DNA from: the human T2T-CHM13v2.0 reference genome, Homo sapiens | Reading direction: 5' to 3' (one strand) | NCBI RefSeq assembly: GCF_009914755.1 | Contig: NC_060935.1 | DNA: 64,000 nt | Shown here: positions 28,816 to 43,200 of the stretch, piece after piece | Layout of the letters: each line of letters opens with the position of its first letter | Position numbering within the stretch: position 1 is the stretch's first letter | The notes under the pieces: model-generated | What the model was told of the DNA's origin: nothing | What the model saw: only the letters and a program-made list of their open reading frames with translations | Databases searched by the model: none | Translations under genes and position numbers: made by a program

Positions 28816-30759
28816 AAAATATGTAGACAATATATTTTAAATTAAATTATTAAAATTTAAATTAATGTAGCAAATACATTTTAAAATTGAAGTATATTTC
28901 AAAGGATATATTTAAAATATATGCTTTTAGTTATAGTTATTTTTAAACAAGTATATTTAGGGATTTCTGATTATGTGTATAAAATATACAGTTTAAATTT
29001 CCTTTATATAATACCAATCCATTGAGATATATTGACACATATTGGACAAAAATATTTTTTCCTCTTAAGAAAGAATTCTCATTTAAAACAAGAAAAAAAG
29101 TTATGTGTATGTATGTATGTATATATACACACATATATTCAAATCCATAATGCATATATATATACACATATCTGTGTGTGCATATATATACGAAAACCTC
29201 AGAATTTATTTCTGAATTACATGGGCACATATGTCTACTTTCTCCTAATCTTGCCATTTAGATGGCTCAGCTTCCCTTTTAGGGCAGAAGTATATACTTA
29301 GCCAATTAAAACAATGATAATTCTGTGTAGGCCTGTTGCTTGCATTCGGTACATTCCACAGGCCATCCAATAGCAATTTATGAGAATGTGTACTCTGATT
29401 ACTCTTCTGATTCCAAAAATCACTACTCAAATATTTCTAGGCATTAAAAGTATTTTTGAATTATTTAATATTTTTATTGTTGATATGTTTTGGAAAGCTG
29501 CATCAACAACTAAGCCCAAATCCAAATTCTTTATTTGAGGGAAAAATAAATACTCTCCGTGTTGAAGTATCGCTCTGCTCTGCTAACAACCACAGCCAGG
29601 CCTGAGGATTTCAGCAACTCAAATAAATTAATTAGTAGAACCAGCAATTAATTTGCAGCCCATTTATCAGAAATGCTTAATGACTCTGACATAAGCCCAT
29701 ATCTCATTTCACAACCTGCTGTATCACCTCTGCTCCTTGCAGCTGTTCCTTGTTCTGCAGAACACCAGCATGACCCCAAAATACTTGCCAGAATTGGTGT
29801 CCCTGGGTCTTCCACACCTCTGGGGCAGGAGCCCGGCTGAGATCTGGGCCAGCAGATGTGGCTGTAATACCAGACTTGTTCTCCTCTACCCAGTCATTTT
29901 GGCCTGTTTACATGACAGTAGCAGATGGCTCCCTATTCTCAGATGTTTTGCAAATCACAAAAAAAGAAAGAAAAAGTTTTATTGCTGTCATTCCATTTTT
30001 CATGTTGAAGGAATGTGATATTTAGAATGAGAGAGAGGTTCAGGGAAAGCCAAGTGTACTTCAGTGAGAAGTTGTAAAACATTAATCCTTACGTTTATTA
30101 AGTGAAAAGAGAGTGGGTACTAGGTATTCTTCACATGTCCTTCATTTGATCTGTATTTATAACTTATTGAATCCTGGTTATCTTTACATACAGACAGTTG
30201 AAAGAACATGAAAGCATTCTGTCTCCTTTGTAAATGTTGCTTCATATTTAAATCATTCATTTCCTTTGAAAAAAATTGGAAAAGGAAAAACTAAGAAGCA
30301 GACCCAAACTAAAGCTCTTTTACTAATGAGTAAAAATATCACCCTTCTTTACTTTTTCATTTTTACTACAACAATTTCCCTTCTTCACTTCCACTGGCTT
30401 CAGCACAAACGTGGATTTCAGCTGTAAATTCCCAATTTGTAATTTCCATATTTAAAATCAGCACTTGCTTTCATTTTATGTTACCACCTTAAGGTTTTTG
30501 AGCAGCTATAAATTTCAGGTCAAAAGAATAACACAGTTGATAGTAGCTGATGATAATTAAAGTGATCTTTAACATAGTTGCTTGGAAGTAAAAGTTATGT
30601 GTTGTGGGTCAAGAAGTTGTTTTTGTTTTTGGCTTTAACAGGTTTACCTGACCCGAGAAAAATAGGCCAAATTTATCTATTATATTTGCAAAAAACAAGA
30701 CCACGAAGGCAACATATAAACAAAGACTAAGAATCCAGATAATCTAGAAGGAATGATTC

Positions 30760-30804
30760 TGTGTGTGTGTGTGTGTATGTGTGTGTGTGTGTGCGTGTGT
30801 GTAT

Positions 30805-30854
<50 letters not shown>

Positions 30855-30855
30855 C
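30760..30855. repeat. Compound (TG)n(AG)n microsatellite
   Basis: Direct reading. Confidence 0.97.
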
Positions 30856-31389
30856 AGATTTATTCTTACTGGTAGGCTTCCAGGCAACTAATAGGTCAAA
30901 TAGGGGAAAGCGTCCACGTGTTTTGGCAATGGGAATCGAAAAATGAGATGACAGTGTCATGGAAATTAATAAAATAATTTGGGAAAAACCTGGATTGAGG
31001 TTTATAGAGGATGGTATAAATGAATCACATGTGAGTCTATACCAACCAACCAAACCAAAAAAAAATTAATAGTCAGATCATCATTTCTTCCAGAGACTGC
31101 ATTTTGGGTGGGAACCCTTACTACTGGATTCCCAATAGCCATCACAGTCTGATAATATTGTCCTTGAAATAAATTTACGTTGTTTTCCATATAGGTCAAA
31201 TGCCCATGTGTTACCTGTTATAAATGGAGAGCAGAAATGAAAACTAGAGGATACTCACAAACTTCCTTAAGTTTCAGAAGAACATTATAAACTTTATGCT
31301 CAGGATTAGATATTGGATAATTTAATATTGTATTATGCACAATAATTCACATCCATTTGTATATAAGCACTGCCAAATTAAAAGAAAAT

Positions 31390-31940
31390 CCAGAGTGACG
31401 GTAGGAGAGACTCAAACATATATTTGCAATAGGAGAGAAGAAGACTACTGCAATAGATTGGGGGAATGACTTCATTAAATGGAATACTCTGACCATGAGA
31501 ACTGGAAGGATCTGAAAGGTTTGTCAGAAAGGGGCTTTCCATTTACAGGGAATAGTAAACAAGGCTCAGTGGATGCCAGAGGGTGGGATGAAAGAGTTGT
31601 TTGATAGGATAGTAGATGACAGACTCTTTTATGCTAAGATCAGCTATTCTCAAAAAGGTCCTAAAGGATGGGTTGTAGGCTGCCTCTGGCTGAAGGTGGA
31701 TTCAAGTTCAGGGTCTTGCAGAAGGAGAGAAGCCTAGCTAAAATTTGATCAAGCCAAAATAGCAGGTATTTTGTCCAGATTGGTCCATGGATGCAAGCAG
31801 TTCAGCTAATATTTATGAATGAAAGGAAATTTGGAGGGCCTGCGTCTGGCCTTGTCATAGGTAAACAATGGGGCATCCATGAATCTTATATATATAGTTC
31901 ATACGGGGAATGATAGTGCCTTGCAGTAGTAGGCCTATCT
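31390..31940 (-). mobile_element. Old ERV1-class LTR (MER89/MER110-like)
   Basis: ttttgtccagattggtc..cagttcagctaat..tttggaggg..gtctggccttgtcataggtaaacaa recalled from such LTRs. Confidence 0.45.
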
Positions 31941-33039
31941 GAAAACACAAAATGATGAGAGGGTTTCTTAATTTTTATTGTTTTCCAGGAGCACCTAACT
32001 AATGTAAAATTTACCATTGTTAGCATCATATGGCTAGGAATATTGTCTATTCTAGTCACTATTGTAGATCCAGTGCCCAGGACAGAGTCCAAATAATAGT
32101 TGGTCTTCAATACTTTTTTTTGAGCGGAGAATAAATAAACTAGATTAAAGTAAACATAATACTGAAATAGAGAAAAATTATCCATGTGATCAAGCAATTT
32201 TAGACAACATTAGACATTCAAGGATAATATGTGTGATTTGAGGAGTGTAGGTTGGGACACAGGACCTGAAAAGTAAAAACTGATGTACTTGAAGGAAAAG
32301 AGAATTGCTTCCTACACTATTTTCCTAAGTTGAGAAACAGGCAACCTTCTTTTAAAGTGTATTTAGTAATATAACTAAATCTGTCAAGTAGAAGAACCAC
32401 ATTTCAAAATGGTCACCAGCATCACCTCCAATTGTAAAGGAGCTGGGAATGTGAGTTGTCTCAAATCATGAGATATTATATTTTCTGTTTAAGAACTGTA
32501 TTTTATTTTTGCCCATCATGGGAGAAAATCAATAATGATGTTTGATAACATGTAGGACTTTTTACACTTCAAAATATTTGCATACACATTATCGTTTGAT
32601 CTTCACCACAACCATATAAGGTAGAAAAGGAAAGGTTGCTAATAAATGCCCTCACAAATTTTAGAAATGGAACATAGAAGAAGTAATGTTCACATGGTCT
32701 TGTAAGTATGTTAGGAAGAAACTAGATTATTCCCTAGGTCAGTTTTTCAACATTTTAAACTCAACCCAGTTAAACAAACAGTCTTTTTAAATATTTTCTC
32801 AATCACCTCCCCTATGAAATTTGAGTACTACAGATAAAGTGTGTATCTTTTTATATACTGTATGTGTATTTGTGCTTTACCCATCAAAATAGTAAGATGC
32901 TTTTACTCTTAATAACCATTTTTTACTCACTTGAGGATCCTATTACTGTATAGAATGCATGGCCTAAGTGGAAAATCACCAGCATTCCATCTGATCTCAC
33001 TTAGCATAAGTGTCTGCATTGACATTTACAGGACATATG

Positions 33040-33190
33040 CTTGTCTATTTAATCTGTACAACAAAATCTACTCCCATTTTATAGATGAGAAGATCAAAGC
33101 CTTCAAAGATTAAATAACTCATGAAATGACACTTATCTAGTTTATTCTAGAGAAAAGGTGTAAGCCAAATGCCCAGCCTGTGTTCTTTCA
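33040..33190 (-). mobile_element. MIR
   Basis: cccattttatagatgagaagatcaaagc..aaagattaaataact. Confidence 0.65.
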
Positions 33191-34761
33191 TGTTTTATAA
33201 TATCAACATATTATAAAAGACATTTCAGTGTTTTATACCCTATTATAAGTAGACATTTTTATAGCAAGTGAGTATAATACACTTTCCCTGTATCCTAAGG
33301 GAAATCTCTGATAAAAGAGAAAAATCTCTGAACAAAGTTAATAAGCTTATGTCCTAAACACACTGAGGGCAGGCATATATGTTTTATCTGTTTCCTAGCA
33401 CTGCACACAGAACCTGACATTACAGTTGCTGATCAGAAAACATTTGTTGACTCTGTGATGAGTGATAGAAAATAGATGATGTTTGCTTCTTCCACATAAA
33501 ACATGGAAAAAAGATAGTGTTTTTCTTTTCTCATTAATTAAAAAATATTGGATTCCTATTGAAGGAGAATAAAGTATCAAAACATGGACAAAATCCTGAA
33601 TATCTGTGAGTGTATATTAAACTGATAATACAGATAACTCTCTCAATATTGTTGTGTTGCCAGAAATGCCAATTACTCCTCTCTCCACCTGGTCTTAAAG
33701 GTTATCCTTTACAGATAAAATTCAGGGAACTTAATGAGGATCATGGTGTAAACTTTGTCACTGAGGGTTTAATGTCCTCATACACGTAAAGACTTCCTTT
33801 TAAATCTGAATTAGAGAATACAGCTGCGATCAGATGCAACTGGAGACGTTCTCTTTAACCATACCATTTTTTTTTCTTTTTGACCCACCTGTTAGAAGAG
33901 AGAATTCCACAAAACCAATTCCACGAGCCATAAGTCAGCCAACCTCACAAATTTCATTACTGGAAAACAATAGAAAAATAGGCCTTAAATCTGCTGTGCA
34001 ACTACCAATATGGGAAGAGGAGAGTGAGCCTTTTGTTCTTCTGTATAATCAAGATACTGGTCCCAAGAGAAAGAGAAAGATATTTTTTATGCTTCTAGGA
34101 ACAGTAGACATAACCATAGTTACATTGTTTGTTCAAGTTGTCATGTTCCTACCAGATTACTTTTCTTTTCCTTGAAAAGCTCGAATAGAGGAGGAGAAAG
34201 AATTTTCTCAACACTACCCCCACTTGGGGAGTGGAACAGAAGGTTTGCACCAAACAGAAAAAGGAAGATGGGGAAGTAAGATTTTTCCACCTCAAATCCT
34301 TCAGTGAATCAGGTACTTTGAGGTGTTATTCAATGTAAGTTAGTCATAGCAATTTGAATTGCAAAGGACAGAAAAAATTGATAGAACTTATTTTGGCAAG
34401 AAGGATAATTCATTGAAAGAATATTAAAGTATCACACGCAATTGAAGAAATGATTGAAAACTAAATAGTAAGAAGAGGAGGAACAAATTGATTAGGATGC
34501 CCTCAGAACTTTTCTATTTCTCTGGAGGGCACACCTCATGCATGCATGCTTCTGTCTCACTGCAGACTACTTGGCAGAATCCACAGTCATCATTGATGGA
34601 GCCTGAGTCTCAGATTTAAATGAAATACTTTTTCTCCTGCAATGCTATTAGAAAACAAATCTTGTGGAATAATTCTCCTTGGCCCAGCTTTGCTCAACTG
34701 TTCAGAGCAATTCATTGGGTAAGGAGAGAAGATCATGTAAACTAACTAGACTGAAGCTATC

Positions 34762-35140
34762 TGTATTAGTCCATTTTCACATTGCTGTAAAGAACTACCT
34801 GAGACTCGGTAGCTTACAAAGAAAAGAGGTTTAATTGACTCACAGTTCCACTGGCTGTGCAGAAAGCATGGCTGGGGAGGCCTCAGGAAATTTACAATCA
34901 TGGCAGAAAGTGAAGAGGAAGAAAGGCACATTTCACATGGCAGCAGGAGACAGAGAGCAAGGAGCAAGTGGCACATTTTTAGATGATCAGATCTCATGAG
35001 AACTCACTCACTGTCATGAGAACAGCATGGGGGGAACCACTCCCATAATCCAATCACCTCCCACTAGGTCCCTCCCTCGACATGTGGAGATGACAATTCG
35101 AGATGAAATTTTGGTGGGGACACAGAGCGAAACCATATCA
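34762..35140 (-). mobile_element. MSTA MaLR solo LTR
   Basis: tgtattagtccattttcac..aaaccatatca; perfect 5-bp TSD ctatc (34757-61 and 35141-45); probably inside an older MLT1-like LTR. Confidence 0.92.
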
Positions 35141-35859
35141 CTATCACTGAAACCACATGGTTGAGTAGAGGCAGAAATTGTAGGGCAGTCAATATCGTGT
35201 GTTTTAGTTACATGGTGATATACGTGTGTAAGTGGTCAGCTTGAAAGATCAACAAAGGGTAGAAACAAAACTCCCTTTCTTGTAGCATTGATGTTAGTGT
35301 ATAGGTATATCTATCATTAAACAAATAAAAATTTGGAGAAATCAAGGCAATAAACAAAAATGAGGCTATACACGTGACAATAAGTTTGTGATGGATAGCA
35401 ATGGAAGGTTCTCTTATGCTCCTTTGGGTATGTGCTAATTTGTAAATCATTCTTTACTGATCTCAGGTGCTAGAAACAAGATGGCATAAACAGTTGTCAT
35501 CCTTTGTTTGCTAGTACCTGAACTCCCTTAGTACATTTGGGATTATCCCATTGTAAGTATCTTGAGGGGATGCAGAGCAGTCTTCTACTACAGAAGCCCT
35601 AAATGCTAGATGTTCTTTTTCCCAGCTTTTTTTTTTTGTCCCTATGAATGTACATTTACCTAATTATTGAAATACCCTCGATTGAATCATAAGCTATTGA
35701 ACCAAGGAAGTAGCGGCAGCTTGCAATAGAAACAGAAACAACCAGTTTGTAGGTCATCAGGGGAAGCTGTGACATTGTCGCCCTTGATGAAACAGTTTTG
35801 AGCTCTGCTAGTAGTTTAGAGCCTTGCTGCTTAATTTCTTTACTCTTGCTCATATTCTG

Positions 35860-36157
35860 TTTTGTTTTGTTTTTGAGACGGAGTTTTGCTTTTGTTGCAC
35901 AGGCTGGAGTGCAATGGCGTGATCTTGACTCACTGCAACCGCTGCCTCCTGGGTTCAAGTGATTCTCCTACCTCACCCTCCTGAGTAGCTAGGATAACAG
36001 GCACCAGCCACCACGCCCAGCTAATTTTTGTATTTCTAGCAGAGATGGGGTTTTACCATGTTGGCCAGGCTGGTCTCGAACACTTGACCTCAGGTGATCC
36101 ACCCACCTCAGCCTCCCAAAATACTGGAATTACAGGGGTGAACCACCGTGTCTGGTC
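35860..36157 (-). mobile_element. AluSx
   Basis: Perfect 16-bp TSD tcttgctcatattctg (35844-59 and 36160-75). Confidence 0.95.
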
Positions 36158-37217
36158 ATTCTTGCTCATATTCTGAGCTTGGTTTTTCAGCCCTCCACAT
36201 TTCTGGGCACTAACCAATTTCATTTTAATAAGCTTTTTCCTGCTCAGATAAGTTAGAATTTTTTTTTTTTTAATGTTTGTGGCCTTGACCTCTGCCTGGT
36301 ACTTAAGAAGAACTCAAAAATGAGTCTTAAGAACAACAGCCTTCTAAGAATAAATTGCATGTGATGATAAAGCCTCATGGAATTCATTTTGTAGTCAATG
36401 AGAAAATAGAGAATGACTTATATGTGGCTTGTTGGAAATACAGTTTTGCATAAAGTGTGCCTGCAGTTAGCTTTCAGGAATGCTGTTAATGTCATCAAAG
36501 GATCTAAGGAGGTACTTATTGGTCAAGATTTCTAGTCTTTAAACATTTTATTTAAGATTATTTTTAGATGTAATTGACAAATTGATGATTGTCCCAGGAA
36601 CTAAGTTAAATTATATAAATATTTTTCTTTTTCTTTCATTGTTATTATGTAACACAACTTTTATTTACAAGTTTAACCGAGTAGAAGCATCAAACAAATG
36701 CAACAAAAATCATGATATCTTGAGCAATGAAGAGCTGGAACTCTAATGATTGCAAAATCAAGTAGGTCACATTTATTATATGGTCTGGTGTCTACTCAGA
36801 TTAACAGAGATCAAAACCCACATTTGACCCCAAGCCTTCCAGGAATTGTTTAATTAATACAAGTGCTTTTAACCTTGATTTTAATCTCATCTCAATTGTT
36901 GTTCAGTACCATATTGTTGAATATAAGATTGTATTTTTTTTAACATTTGTGAAGCACTAATGACTACTTCTTCTCAATAGAAATTTCATACATTTTATTT
37001 AATTTACAGATATGATAAATTTATAAGCAATTCAAATTTCTAATTAAGTTCTAAACTTGTATGAAGATATGCTTTACTTAAAATGTGGGTAGCAAAAAGT
37101 TTGCATAAAAATTTGCCTAAAATATAATTACATTTAAAATGCCTAAAAAAGCTTTATTATGTCTCAAATTCAATAATATTGTAGTTTTCAGTAATGCTAG
37201 CAATTTTAATGTTTTCA

Positions 37218-37912
<695 letters not shown>

Positions 37913-38619
37913 TACCTACAACCAGTTAAAATACACTAAATTCACTTTAAATAGCATGTCTGGGTGTATGACTAATAGGAATATCAAAGTAATAGGAAAC
38001 AAATGATCTACTTTAATTTTCACAATAGTCTGAGAAAAGAAATTATCCTCATTTCATAATTTTGTTTTAAAGGTGCTTAGAATTTAAGTAACTGGCCCAT
38101 CTTATATAGCTAGTAATTAGAAGTATTTTGATTCTGACAATAATTTTTAATGAGAATCGATTATAACTTAACTCCTCTAAAAATGATTTTCCTTATAGTG
38201 TGCTATACTCTAATGAGCATTCAGTATACTTATTGAATAAATATATAAATGATTAAAACAATTTTTAAAATTAATGATTTTGTTTGATATATATTTGCTT
38301 TATGTATGTATATATATATCAAGCAAAATCATTACTGATATATATCAATAATTTATTTCTAAATATTTTTAAAGTTTTAAAGTCTTTTCCATATATTCAA
38401 ATATTTTGTAGAGTTTTCTGACTTCCTTCAACTGGATTTATTGCTCTCTAGGGATTCTATGCAGTCATGTGGGATCTTAATCCACATAATCTTAGGCATT
38501 GTCTTAGACTCTCTCTTATGTAGTAGTCCTATGCTTAGATCTTCTATCTTTTGTTTGTTTGTCTTCTCTTTCATAGGGTAGGGGTGGAGCAGGGGAAAAA
38601 GCCATGGGAACACTTATTT

Positions 38620-40240
38620 CATTAGCTCCTGGGAAAGGTGAAGTCAATTTCTTATTGCCTGCATGACTGAAACTATCAATTCTAGCTATAAAGTTTATTG
38701 CTAATGTGACAGGGAATAGAATTCTAGATTTAAAAAAAAGTCTGACTTTTATGGTTTTACTCCATTGACTTCTAGCTTCAAGTATTGCTTTTGAAAAATA
38801 TGGCAACATTAGGAATATTGTCTGAGAGGAGACAGATTTCCTCATCAGAAAGTTTTACATTCACCTTTTTGCCCCCGGCATTCTAAAATTTATAATGATG
38901 TGCCTCCATGAATGTCTATATTCATACATTAGGCAGTTCTTTCAATCTGGATACTTTGTTCTGGAATATTTTCCTAATTTATTTATTTGATAATTTATTT
39001 ACATTATCTCTGTTCACTTTTGAACTACTTTTATTTGGTTTATTTTATTTTATTTTATTTTTATTTTATTTTTTTGAGATGGAGGCTTTCTCTGTCACCC
39101 AGGCTGGAGTGCAGTGGCGCGATCTCAGCTCACTGCTAGCTCTGCCTCCTGGGTTCACGCCATTCTTCTGCCTCACCATCCTGAGTAGCTGGGACTACAG
39201 GCACCCGCCACCACACCCCGCTAATTTTTTGTATTTTTAGTAGAGACAGGGTTTCACCATGTTAGCCAGGATGGTCTTGATCTCCTGATCTCGTGATCCA
39301 CCTGCCTCGGCCTCCCAAAGTGCTGGGATTACAGGTGTGAGCCACCGCGCCCAGCCTGGATGTTTTATTTTATGGATTTTTCCCCTAAACTTTTCTTTTT
39401 AATATTTTAAACTATTTTTATTTCTTTGTTCTTTTTTTCTAGTTTCTAGGAAATTTCTACAATATTAATTTCAAAGTGGGTGGTTTTTCATATTGCTCTC
39501 ATAATTTAGGTTAACAACCACATTTTTTCTTTAATTTCTTGATTTTTAAAAGATAATATTTTGTTTATTGTTTATAGAAAATATCTCCTTTTGGTCTTTT
39601 TGGTTATTTAACGTCTACTGAAGTTTTATTCTCCTTTCAATAACGGTTTCTTCCAAGTTGTCCTTCCTGTGTTTGTTTGCTTTTTATTTCTATTTTTCAT
39701 AATATAAACAAATGTCTAAATGTGTAGTGATCCATGGCTATCTCTTCACATTTTAAAACATGGCAGTTAAATCTGGTTGGAAGTTCTAAGCCTCTGGGTA
39801 AAACATGACAACTGTGCTCTAGTCTGTAAGGCAATCTGGTTGTAACATTTTATTAGACAGTCCCTGATATCATTAGAAGAAAATATTTTTCCTTAGTTAT
39901 TTTTCCCCAGAAAACATACTTCCATGTTTTGATATGTTTTGGTTTTGTTTTGTTTTCATTTTTTTTCTTTCTAGAATAAATATACCTGACCAGTTATCTG
40001 AGAACTCAGTAAAGGACTCAGTACTAAGTGGTCTAGGAACTGAGTGGGGGACTAAGGTTAAATGTCTCCAAAAATTATCCCCCGCACTTAGCTAGATTTT
40101 AAAATCCTCAGTTCAGGGATTCTCTGTTTTTACCTTCCCTTAAGAATAAACCTCCTATCTTCTGCCAGAATGACTAAGAACCATCCTCTTGGTTTTTCAC
40201 AATAGATGAAAGATTTGGGTGAGTCCACTTCTTAAATGAC
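38620..40240 (-). mobile_element. Old L1M fragments (5'/ORF1 region)
   Basis: T-rich degenerate antisense L1 sequence, continuing after the MLT1A at ~43545-43890. Confidence 0.5.
39039..39356 (-). mobile_element. AluY with (TTTTA)n tail
   Basis: gggttcacgccattct..gttagccaggatggtc diagnostics. Confidence 0.94.
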
Positions 40241-43200
40241 TGCTGTAGACTAAACTGTATCACTCCAAAATTCATATTTGAAGTCTTAATCCCCAATGTG
40301 TCTGAATTTCAAGAAAAGTCTTTAGGAGGTGATAAAGTTTAAATGAGATCATAAGAGTCAGGCCCTGATTCTACAGAATTGGTGTCTTTAGAAGAAGAGA
40401 CATCAGAGAGCTTACTTCAATCCCCTGCTCTGCCCTGTGAGGACGTAGCAAAAAGGTAGTCATCTGTGACCCAAGGAAAGAGCCCTCTTCAGACACTGGC
40501 CCTGAAAGTAACTTGATCTTAGACTTCTAGTCTCCAAGTATGTAAAAAAATAATTTTGGCTGTTTAACCCAACCCATCTATAGTATCTTTTTATGGCAGC
40601 TCAAGCCAACTAAAACAGATTTTGGAACCAAGAATCGATGGCCTGATACTGATTTTAAAAAATGTGGAAATGGCTGTGGAACTAGGTCATGGTCAGAGGT
40701 TGGAAAATTTTTTAGGTTCTTGCTAGAAAAATCTAGATTGTTGCAAAGATAGTGTTGGCAGAAATATGGACATTAAAATCAATTCTGATGAGAGCTCAGA
40801 AAGAAAAGAGAGCTAGAGATAAAACTGTATCTTCTTAGAGAATACATAAATAGTGATGTACAGAATGCTGGTAGGAATATGGACCTTTAAAAGGTCATTC
40901 TAGTGGAGTCTTCGACAGAAATGAGGAAAATATTATTAGAAACTGTAGGAAAGGCAATTGTCTTCATTCAGATTCTTGGCCTGTGATGGAATGGGCAGCT
41001 TTGATGATCTCTGAAATACCTTCTGGGTCATTTTGCTATTGCCTTGATAAATAGCCTCTGGCTTCCATAAAAATGGAAGATCCTTGTTAATCTCCTTATT
41101 AAATGTCAGCTTGGATGTAGCCTTGTTCTCTCCCAAATGTGCTTTTGTATTACTTTCAATATGAATATATGGATAAATTTCCATATAAGAGTGTCTGCTT
41201 CCTGTTTTATTGAATATTCTGTCTTTAAATCATTTTTCCTTTCTTGCCTTTTACTGTAAGCATTTAAGAAAAGCCAAGCTGTACCTCCAACACTTTGCTT
41301 CTAAATTTCTTCAGCAGAATATACAATTTCATAGCTCACAAGTTCTACTTTCCAAAAAAGACTAGGACATGAACAGAATTCAGCCAAGTTCTTTGCCATT
41401 TTATAACAAGGGTTGCCTTCCTTCCAGTTTCCAATAATATGTTTCTTATTTCTGTCTGAGACTTCCTGAGAATAACCTTTACCATATACACTTTTATCAG
41501 CATTCTGATCATGGCCATGTAAGAGCTCTCTTCTTCTTCTGAGCCTTCACCAGAATCATCCTTAACAGTCCATTCCCAATAATGAAGGCTATTTCTAGCA
41601 TGCACCTCAAAATTATTCCAGTTTCTACCCATTAACCTGTTCCAAAGCCACATCCATGTTTTAGGTCTTGTTACAGCAGCACTCCCACTTCTCAGTACCA
41701 ATTTTGTCTTAGTTAATTTGGGATACTAGCAAAATACTATAAACTGAGTAGCTTACAAACAACAGAAATTTCTTTCTCACAGGTTTGGGAACTAGGAAGG
41801 CCAAGATCAAAGTGACAGGAGATTCAGTGAGAGTCCATTTCCTGGTTCGTAGATAGCACCTTCTTTCTTGTGTTCTCACAAGGCAGAAGGCTTAAGGCAG
41901 CTCTCTGGGAACTTATTTATAAGGACACAAATCCCATTTATAAGGGCTACAACCCAGTGATCTAATCACACCTCAAAGGCCTCACCTCCTAATATAATCA
42001 CATTGGTGATAGGTTTTAACATAGGAATTTGGGGCTGGGGGCAGACAGAAACATTCAGATAGTAGTAGCAGTCCTTGTTATAAAGTGGTAAAGGACTTGG
42101 TTGGATTGTATTGAATTGTATTCCAGTACTCTGTGAAAAGTAAAACCTGCAAGTGATAAAATTGGGTATTTTCCTGAGGTTATTTTTAAGCAAAATATTG
42201 AGAGTGTAGCCTGGGTCCTCCTAACTACTTATAGCAAAATGTAAAAGAGAGAGATGAATTGATGAAGACACTGTTAAGCAAAAATAATCTGAACTTAAAT
42301 ATTTGAAAAATTATCAGCTTATCCATATTGTAAAAATGAGAAATCATATTCAGAAGAGAACACCAAAAATATGTAGCTGGACTATCATTTGATAAAAGGA
42401 GTATGGGATTATATGAGAAGACACACTGCCAATTTGAACTGAAAGGGACAGAGATGGAAGGAAATGAAATACTTGGATTTCTTGTGTTATATAGTACCAA
42501 CAGAACCCTCTTGCTGCAAACCTGCAGCATAAAGTTTCCCAGCACAGCAAACCTTCAAGAAAATGGAAGAATGACTTCAAAGGCAATTCAGGTATAAAAG
42601 TAGGACTGTCACTCCCACCACAGGCCCGGGGGCCAGGGCTAGTTCTTTCTCAGTTTTAAAGGGTGAGGCCTCTCTCATTCTGGGGTACCATGATGCTTTC
42701 AACCAGTTCTTCAGGGGCAAGGCCATGGCCCAGTGACATGGAGGTAGATCCATCCAACAGAGCAGTTACCCCACTGCACCTGAAGGTCCACGACATCAAG
42801 CCAAAGAGGATTCTTCTCCAGGCTTAGCATCAAATGGAATTTGCTTTATTAGGTCTTGTACTTGCTAGGAACCGATAACTTTCTTCTTTCTGATTTTTCC
42901 CTTTTGGAATGAGAATTTCTATCCTATGCCTGTTCCACCATCTTATTTTAGAAGTTCAGACTTATTTAGCTTCACAGGCTCACAGCTCAAGCTGAATGTA
43001 GCCTCAGGATGAATTGTACTTTGCATCTCACTCATATCTAATTTACATATTTAGATGAGACTTTGGATTTTTGACTTCAGAGTTGATGCTGGAATCAAGG
43101 AAGTATTTTGGGGCTATCAAGATGGACTGAATGTATTTTGCATGCAAGAAGGACATGCATTTTGGGAGGCCGGGGTCAGAATGCTATGTACTAAATTGTA

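Noticed and set aside
30727-31053. His/Thr-rich ORF
   Set aside because: Translation of the (CA)n microsatellite
41345-42597. ORFs in MLT1A internal sequence as a possible domesticated gag
   Set aside because: Short, inconsistent frames and no recognisable gag motifs
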